Assembly (NCBI GenBank): GCA_937879955.1
Contig: CALFMK010000001.1
Span: forward strand, 5,461-69,460
Reading direction: 5' to 3'
DNA length: 64,000 nt
Source: an uncultured bacterium
GTDB lineage: Bacteria; Patescibacteriota; Minisyncoccia; Phycocordibacterales; Phycocordibacteraceae
A program made the position numbers and the translations under genes. Below the pieces are notes generated by a model, which did not search any database, was not told the DNA's origin, and saw only the letters and a list, made by a program, of their open reading frames with translations. Below are positions 36,428-44,974 of the stretch, in pieces (the stretch's first letter is position 1; each line of letters opens with the position of its first letter).

Positions 36428-36698
36428 GCTCGCCATCCCCGTCCTCGGATACTCCATCGCCGCCCTCGTCGCGACGTACCTCGTCCTGATCGTGGCCACG
36501 GTCTCGATGGCGGCATGGCAGACGAACCTCGCCATGGAGGTGCATGAGACCGAGTCGGACATCGCACGCCTCGAGTCCCGCTACTACGACATGGTGGCGC
36601 AGATCGACCGCCGGGACCCGGCGAGCATGGGCTTAGTCGCGCCGAAGGCCGTCTCCTACGCGCCGACGAAGGCCGCGCCGACATTCTCGCTCCGCTAG
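36420..36698 (+). CDS. ftsL: Cell division protein FtsL-like (TM plus coiled coil).
   Basis: 92 aa, with a single TM then a coiled coil. It sits between rsmH and ftsI. Confidence 0.6.
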   Translation: MPKLAIPVLGYSIAALVATYLVLIVATVSMAAWQTNLAMEVHETESDIARLESRYYDMVAQIDRRDPASMGLVAPKAVSYAPTKAAPTFSLR

Positions 36699-36702
36699 TC
36701 CT

Positions 36703-38430
36703 ATGCGCCGGGCGATACGAGGACGGCTCCGCATACTGACCATCGGTCTCGCTGCGGTCGCATTGCTGCTCGTCGTGCGGCTCTATTTCGTACAGGTGGT
36801 GCATGGCAGCGAGTTCGCGCTGCGCGCCGAGCGGCAGTACGTCTCGGCGAGCCAGGAGCTCTACGACCGCGGGACGATCTATTTCACCAGGAAGGACGGG
36901 ACGGTGCTCTCGGCCGCCACGCTCGCGAACGGCTTCACGGTCTCGATGAGCCCGAAGCTCGTGAAGGATCCGGAGGCGGCGTACCTGGCCATCTCCGCGC
37001 TCACGCCGATCGACCGCGACGCGTTCATGGCGTCCGCCGCACGGAAGGAGGATCCGTACGAGGTGGTGGCACGCCGTGTCGACGACGATGCGGGCCGCGC
37101 CATCGAGGCGCTCGAGATTCCAGGCATCTCGGTCTCGCGCGAGCGGTGGCGCTCTTATCCGGGAGAGACGCGCGCCGCGCAGTCCATCGGGTTCGTGGCG
37201 TTCGACGACGACGATACGCTCGCCGGCCGCTTCGGCCTCGAGCGCTACTATAACGACGTCCTGTCCCGGGATTCCGTCGGCGTGTTCGGCAACTTCTTCG
37301 CAGAGCTCTTCGCGAACGTGGACAACGCGACGTCCGAGGCGCGCGAGACCCGCGAAGGCGACCTCATAACCTCCATCGAGCCCGTGGTGCAGGAGAAGCT
37401 CGACCAGGTGCTCGCCTCCGTGAACGCGCAGTACGGCTCCCTCGAGACCGGCGGCATCGTCATGGATCCTGCCACCGGCGAGATCATCGCGCTCGACACG
37501 GCGCCCTCATTCGACGCGAACGACTTCGCGAACGGGGACTCGTCGCATTTCGGAAACCCGCTCGTGGAGCACCGCTACGAGTTCGGGTCGATCGTGAAGG
37601 CGCTCACCATGACCGCGGGGCTCGACTCGGGCGTCGTGACCGCGGACTCGACCTATAACGACACCGGCTGCACGACGCTCAACAACAAGACGTTCTGCAA
37701 CTACGACCTCAAGGCGCGCGGCATAACGCCGATGCAGGAGGTGCTCTCGCAGTCCCTGAACATGGGCGCGTCCTACATCGCGCTCAAGGTCGGGCACGAG
37801 AAGCTGCGGACGTACTTCAAGGACCTCGGCATGGCTACCGAGACCGGCGTCGACCTGCCGAGCGAGATCCGTGGCGACCTCGCGAACATCGAGACGTCCC
37901 CGCGCGACATCGAGTACGCCACGGCCTCCTACGGGCAGGGCATCGCGCAGACCCCGATGCAGATGGTGCGGGCGCTGGGCGCCTTGGCCAACGGCGGACA
38001 GGTGGTGACACCGCACCTCGTCTCGAAGATCCGCCTCGAGTCCGGCATCGAGAAGCAGCTCTCCTGGGGCACGCCCGAGCGCGTCTTCAGCGCGAAGGCT
38101 ACCGAAGAGACCACGCGCATGCTCGTGAAGGTGGTGGACACGAAGCTCGCGAACGGGACCGTGAAGATCCCGGAGATGAGCGTGGCCGCGAAGACCGGCA
38201 CCGCCCAGATCGCGGGCCCGGGCGGCAAGTACGCGGAGGGGAAGTACTTCCACTCCTTCTTCGGGTACTTCCCGGCGTACGACCCGAAGTTCATCATCGT
38301 CCTTTACACGCGCGAGCCGCAGGGCGTACAGTACGCCTCTGAGACGCTGACGCTGCCCTTCATGGATCTGACACACTTCCTCATCAATTATTACGAGATC
38401 CCGCCCGACCGGGCCGACTATCCCGCCTAG
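36703..38430 (+). CDS. ftsI: Division-specific penicillin-binding protein (FtsI/PBP3-like transpeptidase).
   Basis: N-terminal TM. The motifs are SxxK (GSIVKALT) and KTG (KTGTAQ). Confidence 0.9.
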   Translation: MRRAIRGRLRILTIGLAAVALLLVVRLYFVQVVHGSEFALRAERQYVSASQELYDRGTIYFTRKDGTVLSAATLANGFTVSMSPKLVKDPEAAYLAISALTPIDRDAFMASAARKEDPYEVVARRVDDDAGRAIEALEIPGISVSRERWRSYPGETRAAQSIGFVAFDDDDTLAGRFGLERYYNDVLSRDSVGVFGNFFAELFANVDNATSEARETREGDLITSIEPVVQEKLDQVLASVNAQYGSLETGGIVMDPATGEIIALDTAPSFDANDFANGDSSHFGNPLVEHRYEFGSIVKALTMTAGLDSGVVTADSTYNDTGCTTLNNKTFCNYDLKARGITPMQEVLSQSLNMGASYIALKVGHEKLRTYFKDLGMATETGVDLPSEIRGDLANIETSPRDIEYATASYGQGIAQTPMQMVRALGALANGGQVVTPHLVSKIRLESGIEKQLSWGTPERVFSAKATEETTRMLVKVVDTKLANGTVKIPEMSVAAKTGTAQIAGPGGKYAEGKYFHSFFGYFPAYDPKFIIVLYTREPQGVQYASETLTLPFMDLTHFLINYYEIPPDRADYPA

Positions 38431-38433
38431 ACC

Positions 38434-39717
38434 ATGAAAACCTTCCTGAAGTCCGTCGTCGCCATGCTCCTCGCGGTCCTCGCGAAAGCGGTTGTGCGCA
38501 AGTACCGCCCGCTCGTCGTGATGGTGACCGGAAGCGTCGGGAAGACCTCCACGAAGGATGCGCTCGCGTCCGTGCTCGCCGCCCGCTACCACCTGCGCGC
38601 GAGCGAGAAGAGCTATAACAGCGAGTTCGGCGTCCCGCTCACGATCCTCGGCAGCAAGAACCCGTGGGAGAAGCCGGCGGCATGGCTGCGTGTGGTCGAG
38701 GAGGCGTTCGCGCTCCTCCTCCTTCCGAACCATTACCCGAAGCTCCTCGTGCTCGAGGTGGGTGCGGACCGTCCCGGCGATCTCGCGCGCATCCTGCGCA
38801 TCGTGCGCCCTGACGCGGTGGTGGTCACGCGCCTGCCGGACGTGCCGGTGCACGTGGAGGCGTACGCGAGTCCGCAGGCCGTGCGCGACGAGGAGTTCAC
38901 GCCTGCCTATGCGCTCATCGCGGGCAGCCCGCTCGTGGTCTCCGCCGACGATCCGAACGCCATGACCATGGCGAGCCTGCTGCCGCTCTCCATTAGCACC
39001 TTCGGCTTCTCGGACGGCAGCGACGTCAGGCTCGAGGGGTACTCGTTCTTCGAGGACGGGGAGGTCTGCGGCATGGAGGCCACGCTCAACGTGCGCGGCA
39101 CCTCCTGCACGCTGCGGGTGCCGGGCGCGCTCGGGAAGAGCCAGCTGTACGCGCCTGCCGCCGCCATCGCCTGCGCGCTCACCCTCGACCTCACGCTCGA
39201 AGAGGCACTCAAGGGTGCGGAGAGCTACGTGCCGCCGGCCGGCCGCGGCCGCATCCTGGCCGGCAAGAACGGCTCGCTCCTCATAGACGATTCCTATAAC
39301 GCCTCCCCGGCCGCGGTCGAGGAGGCGCTTTCCGCGCTCCAGCTCCTGACGGGCCGCAAGCGCCGCATCGCGGTGCTCGGCGACATGCTCGAGCTCGGCC
39401 GGTACTCGGCGGAAGAGCACGAGCGCGTGGGAGCGCTCGCGGCAGGGAAGGTGGACGTGGTGGCCGCGGTAGGGACCCGCTCCCGCGCTACCGCCGCCGC
39501 CGCGATCAGCGCCGGGATGAAGGAAGAGGCCGTGTTCTCGTTCGATACCGCGAAGGACGCGGCAGACATGCTCGAGGGCTTTCTCGAGGAGGGGGACGCG
39601 GTGCTCGTGAAGGGCTCGCAGGGCATCCGTACGGAGCGGGTCGTGGAGCGCCTCCTCAAGGACCCGGCTGACTTGCCGAAACTGGTGCGTCAGGAGCGGG
39701 AGTGGAAGAGGCGATAG
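38434..39717 (+). CDS. murF: UDP-N-acetylmuramoyl-tripeptide--D-alanyl-D-alanine ligase.
   Basis: The P-loop is VTGSVGKTSTKD. The Mur ligase C-terminus reads DDSYNASPAAVEEAL. There is no murE between ftsI and murF. Confidence 0.9.
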   Translation: MKTFLKSVVAMLLAVLAKAVVRKYRPLVVMVTGSVGKTSTKDALASVLAARYHLRASEKSYNSEFGVPLTILGSKNPWEKPAAWLRVVEEAFALLLLPNHYPKLLVLEVGADRPGDLARILRIVRPDAVVVTRLPDVPVHVEAYASPQAVRDEEFTPAYALIAGSPLVVSADDPNAMTMASLLPLSISTFGFSDGSDVRLEGYSFFEDGEVCGMEATLNVRGTSCTLRVPGALGKSQLYAPAAAIACALTLDLTLEEALKGAESYVPPAGRGRILAGKNGSLLIDDSYNASPAAVEEALSALQLLTGRKRRIAVLGDMLELGRYSAEEHERVGALAAGKVDVVAAVGTRSRATAAAAISAGMKEEAVFSFDTAKDAADMLEGFLEEGDAVLVKGSQGIRTERVVERLLKDPADLPKLVRQEREWKRR

Positions 39718-39771
39718 ATTGACTTTCTATTTTAGATACGTATAGTTCAGGCAGAAGAAAAGGAGCATCAG

Positions 39772-40137
39772 ATGCTTTCAGAAGAAGTGCGCGTACGTCT
39801 GCGCGAGATGGGAGTCTTCCCGACTGACGAGGACATGCATCGGCGAAAGGACGCCAACCCCTTCTTCGAGATCCGGCCTGACAGCGAATCTCCGACCGAG
39901 ACAGAACTGAATCGTCTGACCGCTCTGACCGAGGCCTATCGGGAATGCTTCGGCGACGCCGCGACGATCAGGACGTTCTGGGGCGTGATGGCGAATACCA
40001 TTACGCTTTGGAAGTGTAAGGGTACCTGGCGCATGCGTCGCATGACGTGGACCGACAAGGGAGAGTGGACACCAGCACCGAATGGCGTCAGTATCGAAGA
40101 ACTGTTCCTAAAGGTTGCCCGCGGCACGACCGCCTGA
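39772..40137 (+). CDS. Hypothetical protein (121 aa).
   Basis: It has its own TATAGT box and AAGGAG SD. GC is lower, about 52%. No motifs recognised. Confidence 0.5.
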   Translation: MLSEEVRVRLREMGVFPTDEDMHRRKDANPFFEIRPDSESPTETELNRLTALTEAYRECFGDAATIRTFWGVMANTITLWKCKGTWRMRRMTWTDKGEWTPAPNGVSIEELFLKVARGTTA

Positions 40138-40140
40138 CCA

Positions 40141-40180
40141 GAGAGACCGCACGGCTCTCGGGTCGGGCGGTTTTCTTTTA
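40141..40180 (+). terminator. GC-rich structure plus TTTTCTTTT after the 39772 gene.
   Basis: GAGAGACCGCACGGCTCTCGGGTCGGGCGG followed by TTTTCTTTT. Confidence 0.4.
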
Positions 40181-40189
40181 TGGAAACGA

Positions 40190-40217
40190 GCAAAGCCGCC
40201 CTTTCGGACGGCTTTGC
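40190..40217 (-). terminator. Hairpin downstream of tRNA-Glu.
   Basis: GCAAAGCCG-(ccctttcgga)-CGGCTTTGC. Confidence 0.4.
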
Positions 40218-40221
40218 TGCT

Positions 40222-40296
40222 TGGTGACCTCACGGGGAATCGAACCCCGATTTGATCCGTGAGAGGGATCTGTCCTAGCCGTTAGACGATGAGGCC
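40222..40296 (-). tRNA. tRNA-Glu (anticodon CUC), with an encoded CCA end.
   Basis: The minus-strand sequence is GGCCTCATCGTCTAACGGCTAGGACAGATCCCTCTCACGGATCAAATCGGGGTTCGATTCCCCGTGAGGTCACCA. The D-loop is Glu-type (TCTAACGGCTAGGAC), the anticodon loop is CTCTCAC and the T-loop is TTCGATT. Confidence 0.85.
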
Positions 40297-40409
40297 GTGC
40301 AAGATTTATACCAGATTCCTCTGGGGAATTCAAACCAGTCCAGCACCCTCAGGAGATTGATTTACCCTCGTCGGAGGGTATAGTCCTCGAGGAGAGAGAA
40401 GGAGGAGAG

Positions 40410-40817
40410 ATGCACGATTATTTCGAGATCGTCGTCCCGCGCCAGACGCAGGATCCGATCGCATATATCGAGTTAGCGGAATGGGGAACGGCCACGGTCC
40501 TCTGTGCCCGAAAACGGGTCCGCATCACGTTCGAGATGACCTTCCCGTCGCAGGAGCACATGGACTCGTTCCTCGAAGCGCGTCGCACGCACCGATACGC
40601 GCAGTATGGCGGCCGCATCACGGCGCTCACGCCGACGCACCTGAGCGAGCAAATCCCGTCATCTGAGAGCGAAGATGGGGACAGTCTGGTACTCGGGATA
40701 CGGCAGCTGGCCGAGGTGTTCGGCGTAACGGAGAAGGAGTTCAAGGCGGCGAGGACGCTCGCGGAGTCCGCCATCCTCTCGAAGTACCGTTTCGGAAGAA
40801 GGAGAGCGTCTACCTAA
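40410..40817 (+). CDS. Hypothetical protein (135 aa).
   Basis: Strong SD GGAGGAGAG. No motifs recognised. Confidence 0.55.
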   Translation: MHDYFEIVVPRQTQDPIAYIELAEWGTATVLCARKRVRITFEMTFPSQEHMDSFLEARRTHRYAQYGGRITALTPTHLSEQIPSSESEDGDSLVLGIRQLAEVFGVTEKEFKAARTLAESAILSKYRFGRRRAST

Positions 40818-40855
40818 TCGACCCCTGCCGCATGGCACGGGGTCGATTTCTTCAT
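40815..40855 (+). terminator. Terminator after the 40410 gene.
   Basis: ATCGACCCC-(tgccgcatggcac)-GGGGTCGAT followed by TTCTTC. Confidence 0.5.
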
Positions 40856-40858
40856 GGC

Positions 40859-41686
40859 TCAGCGGTATTCCCGGATCCAGCATCCCATGCCGAGGATCTG
40901 CCGGTAGGTGCCGATCCTCGTCCTCCGGATGGAGAGCGCCATGCCTCGGGTGCCGAGCGCGCGGCCGATGCGCTCGGCAAGCGAGCGCATGTAGGTTCCT
41001 GACGCGCAGGTCACGCGGAGCCGCATGCTAGCGAAGCTGCGATCAGCCATGTCGTCGAACGTGTCCTTCCATGCGGCGCGTATCTCGTCCTGCCTGAAGT
41101 CCCGTCCGAGCGCTTTCGACTCATCGTCGGTGCGTGGTGCCAGATCGAGCATCGCCATGACGCGCTTCTCGAGGTCCTTCGCATCGATCTTCAGGATGTC
41201 GAGATCCGCTATGCGATAGATGGTCTCGGTGTGCGTCGGCATATCGACGGCATCGAGCGTGCCCTCGAGCGCGTGCAGGAAGAGCGGCCTGCCGCCTACG
41301 GTCTTCGACGAGTAGGGCGGGTACGGGATATCCTTCGCGCCCGTTTCCGCCTTGAGCGCCTTCCGGACCGTCCTGCCATCGGGATGGGACGCAGTTCCTG
41401 CGTAGGACGGCATGCCGAGCACGTCCCCCGTGTCAGTCGCCAGATCGAGCAGGACCTCAACCTCGTATTCCTTGTCGAGCCCGAGATATGCCTCCTTGCG
41501 CTTGCACTCGTCGCCGAGCAGCACGAGGAGCGCTCCTTCGGCCATCGGATCGAGCCTGCCGGCGTAGGTGGCCGGGAGGTGCGCGTATCGGGGATTTTCC
41601 CGCTTCCAGTCCTGAAGCGCTTGGAGCGGCGTCTGGCCGATTTTCTTATGGAGTACGATCGGGCCGGTCGGCTGGATGCTCTGCAT
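40859..41686 (-). CDS. truB: tRNA pseudouridine(55) synthase TruB.
   Basis: The catalytic Asp motif is YAGRLDPMAEGALLVLLG, in a TruB-family fold. The start was trimmed to MQSIQPTGPI. Confidence 0.9.
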   Translation of the reverse strand: MQSIQPTGPIVLHKKIGQTPLQALQDWKRENPRYAHLPATYAGRLDPMAEGALLVLLGDECKRKEAYLGLDKEYEVEVLLDLATDTGDVLGMPSYAGTASHPDGRTVRKALKAETGAKDIPYPPYSSKTVGGRPLFLHALEGTLDAVDMPTHTETIYRIADLDILKIDAKDLEKRVMAMLDLAPRTDDESKALGRDFRQDEIRAAWKDTFDDMADRSFASMRLRVTCASGTYMRSLAERIGRALGTRGMALSIRRTRIGTYRQILGMGCWIREYR

Positions 41687-41758
41687 GGTGGGTTGATGAT
41701 ACCGGCAACAGCCAGGAAAAGAAAAAGGCCCCGACATGATGTCGGGGCCAATGCTGCC

Positions 41759-42766
41759 TCATATAGGGGCGGAAAGTGCGTAGTCTCCGGTCCTCGTGGT
41801 GCGAAGCGCGCTGAGGCCGTGGCTGTGATAGAGCGCCCTCCATTCGGCATACTCCGCCGCGCTCAGTCCCGGATACTTTGCCAGGACGTAGGGAAGCGGG
41901 ATGCCGCCCTTCTCGACGAGCAGGACGATCACCGCCTTGCGGCGTATGACCCATCGCGTGTCCTGCGCTTCGGACGGGAGGTCCTCGGCGCAGATCTTCA
42001 TTCCCAGGGGGCCCGTGATCGTCTTCTTCGGGTCGAAGCAGACCGTCGGGTTCGCGCTCGGATCGAGCCTGAGCTCGCCGAAGTAGTAGCCGCGGCCCCA
42101 GACGGTCCTGAGCGGAGGGTTACCCGGGAAGAACGCCCCGAGAGCCTTCCGCATCCTGCACGCATGCACGTCGATTATCTTCGGATCGACATGCGTGCCT
42201 TCCTCGTGCCTCGCATCCAGCAGCATCTGCCGCGTATGGATGATCCCGGACTTCGAGATGAGGGTCGTGAGCAGGCGGGCCTCGTCAGGGGTGATGCGCG
42301 CGCGCTGGCCCCCGATGAAGACCTCGTCGAGCCCGTTGATGACGATCGGAACGCCTTCGTGCACGGACTCGAGCTTGGTCGCGACGGATTGCAGCTCGGC
42401 TCCGTCTTCAAGCGCGAGCATGTAGCCCCTCCTGGGATGCGTGCTGATGACCTGCCTTGCGGCGGGGTGGCACGCGGCGAGCCGCATGCGGATATGGTGG
42501 ATATGGGTGTCGATCACCTTATCGAGCGGAGGATGCTCCTTGTTGCCGTCGATGACGCGCTTGAGGCTCGCCTTCGACTGCAGATGGCCACGCCGATCCA
42601 TCATGTAGAGGAAGAGCTTCTGCTCCGAAGGCGTGAACTTGGCGGAGATCTCGTTTACTGAGACCTGGCCGCTCGAGGCGATCTTGAACACCAGCTCTCC
42701 GTACGTAAGCTGGATAGGGTCTCGCTGGGGAGCCGCGTGGGTTCCCGTACGTTCGACGACGCTCAT
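41759..42766 (-). CDS. Receiver-less transcription regulator with two tandem CtrA/OmpR-type winged-helix DNA-binding domains fused to a C-terminal DUF1153-like HTH domain.
   Basis: Domain 1 contains ...DKVIDTHIHHIRMRL...VISTHPRRGYML. Domain 2 contains ...DPKIIDVHACRMRKALG...LRTVWGRGYYF, which closely matches the CtrA recognition helix/wing ([13 protein letters not shown]...[10 protein letters not shown]). The C-terminus DTRWVIRRKAVIVLLVEKGGIPLPYVLAKYPGLSAAEYAEWRALYHSHGLSALRTTR matches the DUF1153 pattern. The start was set at the ATG with an AGGAG SD 9 nt upstream. The ORF-track TTG at 42820 lies inside the promoter/5'UTR. Confidence 0.75.
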   Translation of the reverse strand: MSVVERTGTHAAPQRDPIQLTYGELVFKIASSGQVSVNEISAKFTPSEQKLFLYMMDRRGHLQSKASLKRVIDGNKEHPPLDKVIDTHIHHIRMRLAACHPAARQVISTHPRRGYMLALEDGAELQSVATKLESVHEGVPIVINGLDEVFIGGQRARITPDEARLLTTLISKSGIIHTRQMLLDARHEEGTHVDPKIIDVHACRMRKALGAFFPGNPPLRTVWGRGYYFGELRLDPSANPTVCFDPKKTITGPLGMKICAEDLPSEAQDTRWVIRRKAVIVLLVEKGGIPLPYVLAKYPGLSAAEYAEWRALYHSHGLSALRTTRTGDYALSAPI

Positions 42767-42808
42767 GTACTTGCTCCTAGATACCTTGGTTTCAACGAAT
42801 CCAGAGCC

Positions 42809-42837
42809 AGTAAATGACAAGAAGGAGGCCGTGTCAA
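42809..42837 (-). promoter_or_regulatory. Sigma70-type promoter of the double-wHTH/DUF1153 gene.
   Basis: On the minus strand, TTGACA, a 17-nt spacer, then TTTACT. This sits about 45 nt upstream of the SD/ATG. Confidence 0.45.
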
Positions 42838-42844
42838 TAAATAG

Positions 42845-42885
42845 GACAATGGAAAGAGCCGCCCTTCATGGAAGGGCGGCTCTGC
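42845..42885 (-). terminator. Terminator after the first ctrA paralog.
   Basis: AGAGCCGCCCTTC-ATG-GAAGGGCGGCTCT, followed on the minus strand by TTTCCATTGTCCTATTTATT. Confidence 0.55.
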
Positions 42886-42912
42886 TTGAAGCACGCACTG
42901 CTGATACTGCTC

Positions 42913-43683
42913 TCAGGCCATCGGCGCCGGACTCGGGGCGCCGGAGCCGTTCGTGAAGGCCGGTCTCGCGGCCTCGGCGATCGGAAGATCTTCTGCCATC
43001 ACGCGCTCGTTCGGGTCGCGCAGCACGTAGCCGCGGCCCCAGACGGTCTCGATGTGGTGCCTGCCGCTGTTACCGGAAGCGAGCTTCCTGCGCAGCTTGC
43101 AGACGAACACGTCCACGATCTTGAGTTCCGGCTCGTCCATGCCGCCGTACAGGTGGTTCAGGAACATCTCCTTGGTGAGGGTGGTGCCCTTGCGCAAGGA
43201 GAGGAGCTCCAGTATCTGGTACTCCTTGCCGGTCAGGTGCACGTGCTTCCCGCCGATCTCGACGGTCTTCGCGTCGAGGTTCACGACGATCTCGCCGGTC
43301 TTGATGACCGACTGGGCATGACCCCGCGAGCGCCGCACGATCGCGTGGATGCGCGCGATCATCTCGTCCTTGTGGAACGGCTTGGTCATGTAGTCGTCGG
43401 CGCCGCCCGCGAAGGTCTTCACCTTCATGTCGATCTCGGCGGATCGCGCCAGGATCATGATCGGCGTGTTGACCTTCGCGACCCTGATGGTGCGAAGCAC
43501 GTCGATCGCTGACATGTCGAGCAGGTCGAGACTGAGTACGATCATGTCGTAGTCATATATCTTTGCCAGATCGACGCCCTCCTCGCCCAGGTCGGTCACG
43601 TAGACGTTGAAGCCTTCCGACTTCAGCATCAGCTCGATCGTCTGGGCGGTAGCGCTGTCGTCTTCGATCAGGAGAATACGCAC
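42913..43683 (-). CDS. CtrA-family response regulator paralog with the phospho-acceptor Asp replaced by Ser, plus a C-terminal extension.
   Basis: 256 aa. [28 protein letters not shown]...[20 protein letters not shown]...[53 protein letters not shown]...[17 protein letters not shown] matches CtrA along its whole length. The receiver position that aligns with CtrA D51 is Ser ([16 protein letters not shown]). It has a GTG start with a GAGGAG SD. Confidence 0.88.
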   Translation of the reverse strand: MRILLIEDDSATAQTIELMLKSEGFNVYVTDLGEEGVDLAKIYDYDMIVLSLDLLDMSAIDVLRTIRVAKVNTPIMILARSAEIDMKVKTFAGGADDYMTKPFHKDEMIARIHAIVRRSRGHAQSVIKTGEIVVNLDAKTVEIGGKHVHLTGKEYQILELLSLRKGTTLTKEMFLNHLYGGMDEPELKIVDVFVCKLRRKLASGNSGRHHIETVWGRGYVLRDPNERVMAEDLPIAEAARPAFTNGSGAPSPAPMA

Positions 43684-43736
43684 GCTTAGCTCTCCTCTGT
43701 GTCTGTTTGATTATCGGGAACGCATGTCTGGGATTG

Positions 43737-43764
43737 ATGATAGTGATTATCCGGGCATTGTCAA
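43737..43764 (-). promoter_or_regulatory. Sigma70-type promoter of the first ctrA paralog.
   Basis: On the minus strand, TTTTGACAAT, a 16-nt spacer, then TATCAT. A leader of about 60 nt with the SD follows. Confidence 0.5.
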
Positions 43765-43788
43765 AAGTAGCGAATGCTCCTGTCCCTC

Positions 43789-43826
43789 AGGTAAGAAATT
43801 GGCCGCCCTTCGTGAGAAGGACGGCC
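43789..43826 (-). terminator. Terminator after the second ctrA gene.
   Basis: GGCCGTCCTTC-TCACG-AAGGGCGGCC, followed on the minus strand by AATTTCTTACC. Confidence 0.5.
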
Positions 43827-43851
43827 AGGTATCTTCGGATGGGTGATGCTA

Positions 43852-44547
43852 CTACGCCGCGGATACCATCTCGTTCTCGTCGCGCAGCACGTAGCCGCGG
43901 CCCCAGACGGTATCGATGTGATGCTTGCCGCCGTTGCCCGAGCCGAGCTTCTTGCGAAGCTTGCAGATAAAGACGTCCACGATCTTGATCTCGGGAACAT
44001 CGATGCCGCCGTACAGGTGATTCAAGAACATCTCCTTGGAAAGGGCGGTGCCCTTGCGTAGCGACAGGAGCTCGAGCATCTGGTACTCCTTGCCGGTCAG
44101 GTGCACGCGCGTGCCGCCGACCTCGACGGTCTTCATGTCGAGGTTCACGACGATCTCGCCGGTCTTGATGACCGAATGAACGAGACCCTTCGAGCGCCGT
44201 ACGATCGCATAGATGCGAGCCACGAGCTCGTCCTTATGGAACGGCTTGGTCATGTAGTCGTCGGCGCCGAGGTTCAGCGCCTTCACCTTCGTCTCGATGC
44301 GGGTGTCGCCGGTCGAGATCATGACGAGCGTCTCGATCTTCTCGGCGCGGAGCGTCCGGAGAACGTCGAGGCCGTACATGTCAGGCAGGTTAAGGTCGAG
44401 CAGGATCAGGTCGTAGTCGTAGGACCTCGCGAGATCGAGACCCTCCTCGCCCAGGTCGGTCGTCTGGACGCTGAAACCTTCCGACATCAGCATCAGCTCC
44501 ACCGTTTGGGCAGTGGCGCCGTCATCTTCGATCTGGAGAACGCGCAT
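43852..44547 (-). CDS. ctrA: CtrA-family response regulator (canonical receiver with phospho-Asp).
   Basis: 231 aa. [25 protein letters not shown]...[24 protein letters not shown]...[20 protein letters not shown]...[53 protein letters not shown]...[17 protein letters not shown]. The AGGAGG SD sits 8 nt upstream. The start was trimmed from the longer ORF. Confidence 0.88.
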   Translation of the reverse strand: MRVLQIEDDGATAQTVELMLMSEGFSVQTTDLGEEGLDLARSYDYDLILLDLNLPDMYGLDVLRTLRAEKIETLVMISTGDTRIETKVKALNLGADDYMTKPFHKDELVARIYAIVRRSKGLVHSVIKTGEIVVNLDMKTVEVGGTRVHLTGKEYQMLELLSLRKGTALSKEMFLNHLYGGIDVPEIKIVDVFICKLRKKLGSGNGGKHHIDTVWGRGYVLRDENEMVSAA

Positions 44548-44596
44548 TATGAAATCCTCCTGTTTCCGTTGTCTGGATGGAACGTGTCTGATTTTG

Positions 44597-44624
44597 ATAC
44601 TACGACTACTCCATGGATTGTCAA
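44597..44624 (-). promoter_or_regulatory. Sigma70-type promoter of the second ctrA gene.
   Basis: On the minus strand, TTTGACAAT, a 16-nt spacer, then TAGTAT. This is the same architecture and the same -35-extended motif as the ctrA paralog promoter. Confidence 0.5.
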
Positions 44625-44644
44625 ACGAGCGCACGTGAGGAATA

Positions 44645-44675
44645 GGGAAAGGCGGCCATGCGTGGCCGCCTTTGC
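44645..44675 (-). terminator. Hairpin terminator after the 44675..44974 gene.
   Basis: AAAGGCGGCCA-TGCG-TGGCCGCCTTT. Confidence 0.45.
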
Positions 44676-44974
44676 TAGGGAGGTGGGAAGAGCGGCAGCT
44701 GTCGTGCATCCTGCGCCGCTCGCGCTTCGGCGCGCTCACGCTTCTTGCTGTTTCTCGAACGCGTCGCGCCCGCTTTCTTGCCGTACCGCTGACGGAGTCT
44801 CGCGACGAGGCCTTCGGGCGTATCGGCATCGGGCCAGCAGGTGCTGTTCAGGAACTCGTTCGCCTTTTGTACGAGCTCCTTATTCGTGAATCGGTTAAGG
44901 TCCTTCGGGCCGTGCCGCCTCCGGAAGCGCAGGTTCCGCTCGAATGCGTCGAGACGCTCTTCAGGGGACAGCAT
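44675..44974 (-). CDS. Hypothetical basic protein (99 aa).
   Basis: Intact ORF. It overlaps the upstream small ORF by 14 nt. No recognisable motif. Confidence 0.4.
   Translation of the reverse strand: MLSPEERLDAFERNLRFRRRHGPKDLNRFTNKELVQKANEFLNSTCWPDADTPEGLVARLRQRYGKKAGATRSRNSKKRERAEARAAQDARQLPLFPPP

Noticed and set aside
37507-39420. 637-aa minus-strand ORF.
   Set aside because: It is antisense to ftsI and murF.
42767-42820. TTG-initiated 18-aa N-terminal extension of the double-wHTH gene.
   Set aside because: This stretch contains the predicted TTGACA-N17-TTTACT promoter. The internal ATG has an AGGAG SD 9 nt upstream.
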